A stretch of 49,822 nt of DNA, from IMG/VR virus record IMGVR_UViG_3300020409_000027, positions 1-49,822 of that record; one strand, 5' to 3'. Of the stretch, positions 49,201 to 49,822 are shown one piece after another. Below the pieces are notes generated by a model that did not search any database, was not told the DNA's origin, and was given only the letters and a program-made list of their open reading frames with translations. The translations under genes and the position numbers were made by a program. Every line of letters begins with the position of its first letter. Within the stretch, counting starts at the first letter, position 1. The DNA is from a virus. Lineage: Duplodnaviria; Caudoviricetes.

Positions 49201-49822
49201 CTAAGGTAAGTACAAATCATTTCCACGTTAATGTTGGTAATTTCTTTGGTAGAGGTCCGATCTCTAATCAGACAACTCACTCATTTGTATCTGCAACTGC
49301 TAATGGTGTAGAGAAAGCAAATGACAGAATTAAGATGGATGCAAACTCTGTCACATTCAGTTGTGCTAAAGATGATAATGAAACACTTCATCCATATCCT
49401 AGAGAGAATGATCCTGCATTCAACGAATATCTACCAATTTCTAATGTAACTAATGATGAGTTTGATGTATTTGTTGGTCGTGCAAACTTAGATAAAACTG
49501 TTCATCAGTTTGTTTCTGCTACAACTAACGGAGTACATCATCCTACTGGACAGATTACAATCAACGTTGGTATTTCTTCTAACACTACAACTCACAACTA
49601 CGTCAATACAACTACAAGTTACACTGTAACTAATGCAACCTACAGTCCAACTACAGGTGTAATGACACTCACCATTCCTAATCATAAGATGTATGTCGGT
49701 GAGTACATCTATCTTGCTGATGGTGCTGTTACTTTCAACCAAGGTTCTCTACCAGTTTCAACTGATGAATCAAGTGGAAGAATGATTCGTGTAGAGAGTG
49801 TTCTACCTGGTGATCGTATTCT
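28257..49822 (+). CDS. gp7: Giant gp7-like baseplate wedge initiator with fibre-like extension (3' partial, >7,180 aa)
   Basis: ATG at 28257 gives MKAITISDRLQDQIPAFIKE...F...YYKSQE. The gp7 core motifs IKTISDFYASKGT (~30340) and IQDSYFYQNFSYVIKS...HPVGF (~38660) are present. The same frame reads sense at the window end (...VLPGDRI), and the track lists no stop-terminated ORF in this frame. Confidence 0.88.
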   Translation, partial: MKAITISDRLQDQIPAFIKEDNDQFVNLLTQYYKSQEKSGRPYDILNNILRYTDIGSGEFDPNFLSSSSAVLERVDPTQKNIISENVNYFLENDGTIKIDDEVIYYEKITHSPDIVFTPGVDKAEFDRKIQEFEPISDQFDGATTLFPLRLLGKPVTPQSAQHLLVIVNNEFLYPNVDYFLEGDKIRLQNPPETPTGLLTGAINTIRYLIGYTSIPVRSLDTINVTQDAKEFQLKLDGNNYTPLSTVSSIVVVNRVEKRPYEDFTIFEDKLIFKEDIGENSTVVVRSVELIAPEFGSGASAVAKIEDAKLDSVIVKTGGSGYRLSFAPKISVASTKGTGFGATAEALVNGIKDTQLLFSGQGYSANNPPVVVVDSPADPEGKTAQIRAVVDDSIEGVSQLIVDSSGSGYDRIPSIKFVNPGGATITNPTITNGSVDPGSIQITDDGSGYTTAPLVYLDLPTGDNAIRANVVATLDAFGRVNGINVVSGGQGYTSVPRARIIDPVGAQILDVSVTAGRVTNIELLTGGAGYTDAPSVYIVDNRKDITGAPAGGTGATAVATIFNGEITDINITSFGSGYSDAEPPQVFIAAPPAPEASCDVGFGEITGFTIHSAGSGYQPSAFVNCKRGVSSTTEFDQKGNQVYSKEHDTIQSSHEVGGVIHNLDTLFAKELYRRYVNQYLPNAEIDYEKVNAPQIIKTISDFYASKGTKISTQYLFKMLFSENVDVSYPKDEVIKPSAASWNVDTVLRADLIEGSPADLLDSQLIQYVDDVDTAVKGASALIENVIAINTGVGTVYELAISEETLQGTFTIPYKTTLVEALNTSESIITVDSTIGWPERNGTIRINDVEQVQYKEKTLNQFIECTRSKNGVVEDWDAGTTVHSDIFVYCNRGTAQEIKLRVLGIADAKSTVLTDTGSYYLPGDKLNVASLGSTSTDQRITSWLYNVKKLINVTGITPGGLNNQTATVTCDNKHGLLVGDTVTIYGANPTVFNGTFLVTSRISDFVFEYNIPAPADANPQGNILLSVDLNKGKSTEEGISIAIRDFTTNVQNTFFNDTHAYIASSGIPNYQVGPFVGSALLPGNQRKLIRIPRVINTISKREDTNFGPIGAWVNGVSAWSYKSETKIKFGGVIGINITDVGKGYDAANPPVIEISGGNGTGAAASVVVNGALSEIEVTSGGTGYTSSPLVSIVGGNGFGATATAVITNGVVSKILVENPGQGYTSQPDVSISGGNGTGATATAEVRGPIQSVSVDSAGSSYTESPTIKLNSGEGAVAQAIIINGRIVSIAIIAAGRAYTTAPEIVINGDGYGAVAKATIGTVGEDRGKVIGVTVVNRGIGYTTGNTIIRLDAVGEMATFTANVFEWTRNLQNELGQQFDTSRGYVFAGYNTQYGGEYAHVSDPKQLRYVLGDNVFKNQSTQQLQELSTGWLHSPILGWAFDGNPIYGPYGYIDATDQSSGIRRIRSSYKIKDVLIYDAATNPTPVRADGPLLSNYEAGSFIEDYEYTFQYGDLDQYNGRFCKTPEFPEGIYAYFVSIDASDSGNPIFPYIAGPQLYSKADEWNFSQNAVQTNIPSGVVRFRDPYEDVDIDIDRQPNQDTDILVTELGEELIFEIEDTNRDGVINNLEDSTPINIAEEPVLQLFDYYPKVSTRSEVDIDIETTTKFEDAQVDGFVVENPGISYKVNDKLYFDNTDTEGFGASAKVDSVKGLSISGYSSYMANDVPFGRITTPTEHELRVGDEVIVTSNPILDSTNKTYRVKVISGVEQLTITQNGVGYSSELPPTYELITDSGQDFQLNLVRTEAGGVSQADIINSGSGYSDTNPPQIRVSHPQRYKKATYFLSFIQEATGILSINDVKVADDRTIYVVGQRDLTDSDTCGVLAKFNSDGRLLWQRTLVPTVPNAQPKSLKWNSLYVENSNPHNIYVIGETVPNITNLTHNPDVIVAKYTSGFDNANNPDGILQWQRDIAGISGATRRDYATSIALDQDGRVMIGGYTDANSLYADDMWVALLDVDGSIMEKRKIASDSVSERLHQLQWKSNDRFLFVGINEPDNTSDIIIGETYYDTATIELQWAKKITNASYKFKNPTFTIDEYGSVYVTATAVNSDGKNYGVLYVKFDNDVYTSTVHNKIFIPTGEYHGVENGGVKFDIFGNVDVSCAVQRDFNAAESVTLKVGWNTGTVITASSLTETSGIGFKPVAVSNDNSGDTIVVGNKVESDQLAIFNWDTADNLFDETYNDTLKTGTNKQWYATGNAVIDDTKKFAGASSIKLDAANSLALQYGSDVATSWTLEGFWALGNTQYSAANTKPIFYTSTDVAGNTVKFGLDADQASPNYGKTFIDISGSTTFSAASVYFAVFNNEAFIHVAAAKERVGVGNYKYRFYVNGIETQVLTSTTVDVNLKDASVGPDGTPGSVNNWIGWIDNIVISPTAKYVEAFTPPDTPILGSNSISKGFLYKVDKDKTQLGSFTLNSVESGHQITLASTSAYTFNTQPVTMNPWAIGPAGIQILDYGDVIAQHVPGTFTVTSTDESYANRTATIPTPGGKKLLLTTTVIPKYYFRDAKYQQIDLVKTLNFNQPATFTKGATLQQYSVIGGSDVISAYGQIVEVGLSSVKIGKIIGTFDNTKLLKSTAGDVNELEYSFTEEKTEPQWATNFNYTVGDVVYNDKKLYTAQTTGVSSTIAPTHTTGVVSDGAINWAYTSVSGIYAVDLANTSYHNSTLATYASWKPFSASDYTIKIEEIYDDSNFIKGDTIDADAVNLQFSVDATGKIATFTGLFGVKKISLVAKLDKDVIPSGALTNTDLVYCSASSRHNFSVNDIIFTENFATNDYNGSFFVEEVFNSRDYSFRMRSTAVQEPTFAGSGSSVVNVNIYAKHPKFLFVRGHQYIFDLDDSSNLGYFLSFSKDNQYKLEYPFINIVREGTPGFTDDDSPTPLVKFIINEDVTNISYYFDPSRTGANSPVGEGSFIDVIPSPYAGTFRISGTSNAGKTFDFQLLNEPEKTTGPVGNDEFGNARSTYSTTSIKAIGPISTIKLVNPGGFYQKLPIVTDIASNREIEKVRITNGGTEYVNGVYYNVPIEGDGEGATCNITVTDDGDFEGVITDVTLTSAGKGYKTAAIDVDAIPGILGPLLAGSGAVLDVVIPDEGSGASVFLQGKSIGKIKKLKNNEFGFGYSHDYTLKPEITFPVNLQLFNTALLAQIKITDPGSGYTSTPAVVIEGGGGSGASAEAIVKNNRLSEIIIKDPGAGYSSEPTVTLKSEFNYVVNVDLGYLQFNFPHGITSGAEVQLRAEDLGSTIGILPKPSSAGLVSLSSSQTYYAIAGQANGLESDQLRISLTQLDAESGSYITFLTQGEGRQVLLTEVFGGQATAIVETSRFLAGELVYQGSSLELASATGYVSTNEGWQIGPRILKLENYDGVWTSGERVTGEVSRASGLIDNLSIARGTLEIASLTNTPGQFIDDVGKPSEIVQKIQDSYFYQNFSYVIKSQTPINQWRKPVLETNHPVGFNLFGELAITGGKDISGRKVVSDLVKEVNINSFTNINEITSFANAQPIYTQFNNTEVLFRQKRLTNSEEILTSIVKKLDDISDDFDGLRTQFPLNVEGDSITAADNQMFILMNGVAQAPSVAFSTSGPSVVFTEAPKAPSRIKFRKVTLAQKIITRLTFSSIGGIFPLLGNTVRGLVSEATATVIDSGTDYIDVIDMQGTFQINENVLNSATGFNSVLSDVSPQTSKTIYEQGERITNLQGKFAIIEENNLDEGVVTNLLVVSRTSGTAAYETGEFELGFNDVIYSARSRIAATVISIEPYQDDISNQVIDTVDLSPSSSFFGLVFQRVPSITFPNVILDNISETVINPTELYSDTVNNQDFLDFENVRNQEVRLYNQSGTAFVAGDKLRLKKLYFGNSSMRRVPDVRTFNAAEALTRNARFIAEESVGAMLAFYPSFSIQTGRNADCEDDIVDALNMMAWQLEFDGNSEVFDIANTYVQGGGVYHVDGEVPQTVYAMEYARDLAIKCINMVTINTTYTTLQQWKDLTVTGEFQVIDNAHGDARTLILANKWYIAHEALYYAKQQNPGYTVSGGDEHCLSDIVDVLEALGYNLAHGGNDFVYEATDRILHYGVTSGDRDTIVNAMTKARDMAISAMRNVVVAKQDSSHGWTQITDATLTASTESPLCATVEASITTLMGLLINALGTTASPGTREAFLAGQTRTIPSTPLLSVPDPNACVNQTSAITNFFRIITDTLQDPTGADKVTYPWSTSNLQRVAPPYSFTDSETLKSIKHAYKDKSSGGFFVFGETVRGITSGNTAEIIGSNAGNKWIYTKNPTGAFTAGEFISNTKLVNTNVVVDNLDYAVGTGSLEFNGSAYLTYPSTDKVAFGDGSIADGNFTIEVWVKPTAVNTNQVILDFRTAAGSTSEGYLIIVNDTVRWNTGNVDRITSSGGLQANTWTHIAVTRNSGLTRLFVGGQKEGVDYTDTTNYGNMPVKIGANVANSLTFTGHMENLMIKLGISEYSSDFTPSATYDSTDLRLTFGFDGEAPIPIIKGEIYATFQQTITSTATADGVELWRDEIMTEEIDLARDDYRDCADIIDKNKYWIAEEAIGRMKAKYPDFVIPGDTGISDQGTQTCLRDTYEYIIPAIVADLRYGGNFNTIVAGRGYLANQQGQLAHVNGELLQSIYAWREVGKLCNTVITANADDLTGTYTTRVRVPNYFASPASSAITTYITDIMDDLLDVLGPTGHRYRDGADLLYFNRKCIAEETVMWLEEKYNILIGFNTADKLTIPGGSVGTAKCIRDLRDHIIPAISGDLLTGGNANIQGIIDSYLDAQNNISYVEAELLPMLDAIGYAKWLMEKALQNLLVGRAENIANLTGTTPDTLDDFFQLQYTDIPVFRKEVATDDNFAEQPLDPQIYAGTQRALDAADMIDRNKRAIAEEAVDLTIKTEAFKHYGFRVPGGKVNCEDDIVDILEAVVHDLRFASNSSVYDAGLLYLNAENGLKHVTDQPAETLFAMKMARDMTVLAIQNRLGFKPYPTYPEETAGGGDGNFAGGGVVEPRDTYYENASGNKAYNAADEIRNNIRFIATTAVGRAVSQYPSLAFGGYGYQSCVDDVVDVLEALVFNLSHGGNNKMWYATEFYITDNNAIQHISQQATEVKYVFEQARDIAIQVMRQQLITTNGYTEGDAIYDLDITIDQQSGTAKHTPSNAVYNPNTGDLVLTITGSHSMTTNDTLRIDTDSLTFTCDQDDHQTLHTYPRATDPAALAILPITAVSGQDITVNVGITQRINFDAKDSTYDPETGLLTLDIGSHSLRVGQSLKILQDELQYRCSQDNYRTIHKYPRITDPVIDKAIDIEAVGTTFHTATFASWRPDSAFLTITIPNHGFKNGDRVRIVNNSMTFTCSMDQHYSKKTYPRLSDAASGLFLPISNVTRNTLDVNIGKSPIKYFTPSQANYNPTTGSLELILGNHGLTAGTHIKIADNSLTFTCKEDDDATFHTYPRTQTVSVTPTNASYNPVNGHLTVTVANHNFKVGEFVKVAENGIVMTCDMDGNASEHPYPRKKDPAYDSWMEIKAISTNTFTFKVGESPQVSFTPTDAVYTPTTGDMKLTIGTHNLQAGTALKIDEGGIVFTCSQDNHATEHPYPRNTILTAPNISNAAYDPAAGVLTVTTAAAHGFSDGDKVRFDDNAITFTCTMDSNGSNHPYPRSTDPASGKWLEVDVISTTQFTCNVGKTPSVVFDPSMVVYDPSTGIMVMTLGENHNLTVGTSVRIANNSITFKCAQDNYATDHSYPRSTDPFYDTACPITAVTDTTISVQVLSTVPSTNVTAHTWQPPVKMTPTNATYNPTTGVMVVTINDHGLMNGEHIRIDENAFTFTCGQDGDSTNHAYPRATDPAYHQFLPVSNVTQNTFEVTVLAETPSTNTTTHNFVSAVSNSITRGVVRSGGIYTHSFVSAVAGSMSYKKDQAFDSSVRIKHEGTPLTPTGAVYSGTTGVCTITSNNHELINGDYVKLRDGALTFTCLEDSNATNHPYPRATDLAHNKWLKVSNVTTNTFDIQVLFAIPSTNTTAHTFVSALTDGIVKKDDTITVNVGSTTAGNYDHKFVRAEPAAIKTGGNYNHTFKSALPYSITKSKDPSYSNVLEISSATSTSITVDVLPVVPSTNETQHTFISAANNAITTGGQYVHKFVEAIPDGIELESGSITVNVGTTPAVFYSVGDAIYDGATGDMQLKVGAHELLEGTSIKIHDEALTFTCDMDDHASEHVYPRLTDPARNTALVMKEAGSTSHTITNAVYDTATGNLTSTITGHGMKAPRVLSPTFAKFDPTTGDMELYVANHGIADGESIKLADGAVTFRCAKDQFSSTHPYPRSSDPASDQYLIVKHASQNRFTVNVGTGETGGAISDQSEHRFQASVPNSITVAGDMVKFDLNSITFTCAKDSNATNHSYPREDDPIAGHWIPVTGVTTDTFTVNVGLPTPAGNHTHAFVSATSGGLKKQTGYITVNVGATPSVGYDVSTANFNPITGIMTLDVGNHYFSRFDNIRVQPESLVFTCGLDSNQTNHPYPRSTLIESTPSDVDYNPSTGYLTLTQNNHGFSNGDFVRFKENAFTFTCDMNGNADNHSYPRTTDPVYDKWVQVESVQANEFKVFVGKTPTTGFEPYAVDYNPNTGLMKLTIGEHKFTTSQSIRIAAMSLNFRCDQDGQATDHFYPRSTDPLYQTSVPITAVDDTSITVQTLASVPSTNITNHVWQPQVGITPTGIDYDPVTGMMTVTSNNHGYNEGDMVKFAEEGIVFTCDKDSHATDHPYPRKTDPAWDTWLPIETVTQNTFRVKVLENTPSTNISTHLFKSATANCITRATVRGGGIYNHTTVSILANGMQHKRDPFYQNGINIDQVEETHHTVTDAQYNPNSGVMTLRIPNHNFTASTSHTVTDALYTPADSMLRLTVAGHGFKEGDRIRIADNSIVFTCDQDSNATNHSYPRSTDPASGAWLVATKVSTNHFHVNVGNFFGRGPISNQTTHSFVSATANGVEKANDRIKMDANSVTFSCAKDDNETLHPYPRENDPAFNEYLPISNVTNDEFDVFVGRANLDKTVHQFVSATTNGVHHPTGQITINVGISSNTTTHNYVNTTTSYTVTNATYSPTTGVMTLTIPNHKMYVGEYIYLADGAVTFNQGSLPVSTDESSGRMIRVESVLPGDRI
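32547..32910 (+). other. YHYH-like domain within the giant protein
   Basis: HSPILGWAFDGNPIYGPYGY...GDLDQYNGRFCKTPEFPEGIYAYFV...FPYI. Confidence 0.75.
33770..34920 (+). other. Beta-propeller repeat region within the giant protein
   Basis: Repeats of the type IYVVG...LAKFNSDGRLLWQR and IALDQDGRVMIGG. Confidence 0.6.
35000..35580 (+). other. LamG/concanavalin-like domain 1
   Basis: KKFAGASSIKLD...WTLEGFW...FIHVAA...FYVNG...GWIDNIVIS..AKY...FTPP. Confidence 0.65.
36200..36350 (+). other. CBM5/12-like carbohydrate-binding module
   Basis: WATNFNYTVGDVVYNDKKLYTA...PTHTTG.VSDGAINWAY. Confidence 0.6.
41300..41850 (+). other. LamG/concanavalin-like domain 2
   Basis: GSLEFNG...NFTIEVWV...NTWTHIAVTR.SG..RLFV.G...IGA...GHMENL. 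Confidence 0.75.
43830..49822 (+). repeat. Array of 19 FTC-x2-D-x5-H-x-YPR-x2-DP repeats (~85-100 aa), partly nested
   Basis: YPR codons near 43995, 44250, 44469, 44724, 44901, 45156, 45339, 45597, 45888, 46317, 47016, 47322, 47562, 47913, 48090, 48345, 48636, 49155 and 49395. Confidence 0.85.

Noticed and set aside
2438-49742. Minus-strand ORFs and short alternative-frame plus-strand ORFs in the track (e.g. 2438-2713, 7414-7602, 8459-8887, 27186-27512 and all those inside 28257-49822)
   Set aside because: They overlap well-supported + strand genes, have no recognisable motifs and look like shadow frames.
1-49822. tRNA, rRNA, introns, inteins, reverse transcriptase/DGR, psbA, pebS
   Set aside because: No cloverleaf, splicing or RT motifs, or matching proteins were seen by eye. 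tRNAscan-SE and Rfam were not run.

Overview
AT-rich segment of a T4-like cyanomyovirus (Prochlorococcus/Synechococcus-type phage). Every credible gene is on the + strand. (1) 1-7.9 kb: accessory redox cluster with the 3' end of a probable flavin-dependent (tryptophan-halogenase-like) gene, heme oxygenase ho1, seven consecutive 2OG-Fe(II) oxygenase-fold genes and small ORFs. (2) 7.9-17.4 kb: early-gene region built from nine cassettes. Each cassette starts with a 22-bp imperfect palindrome GTGACA(G/C)T-N6-A(G/C)TGTCAC placed 30-31 bp upstream of a -10 box. The cassettes drive an SF2 helicase, a beta-class DNA methyltransferase, a PD-(D/E)xK-like nuclease and many tiny ORFs, and two of the promoters are followed by structured RNA leaders. 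(3) 17.4-18.6 kb: NUMOD4/HNH gene and a low-coding stretch with two tandem TTTTCCACA boxes and an AT-rich tract (origin candidate). (4) 18.6-21.5 kb: NlpC/P60, AbrB-like, PsbN-like and two more 2OG-Fe(II) genes. (5) 21.5 kb to the end: virion/baseplate module with a large structural protein, a PAAR-like protein, gp25, gp6 and a giant gp7-like ORF that starts at 28257 and is still open at the window end (>7,180 codons). The most notable signals are the recursive, last-in-first-out nesting of Cys/His repeats in the giant protein, the near-total absence of RGCY before ~18.98 kb together with window-wide CATG avoidance, and the promoter-cassette and RNA-leader architecture. All motif counts were made by eye and need computational confirmation.
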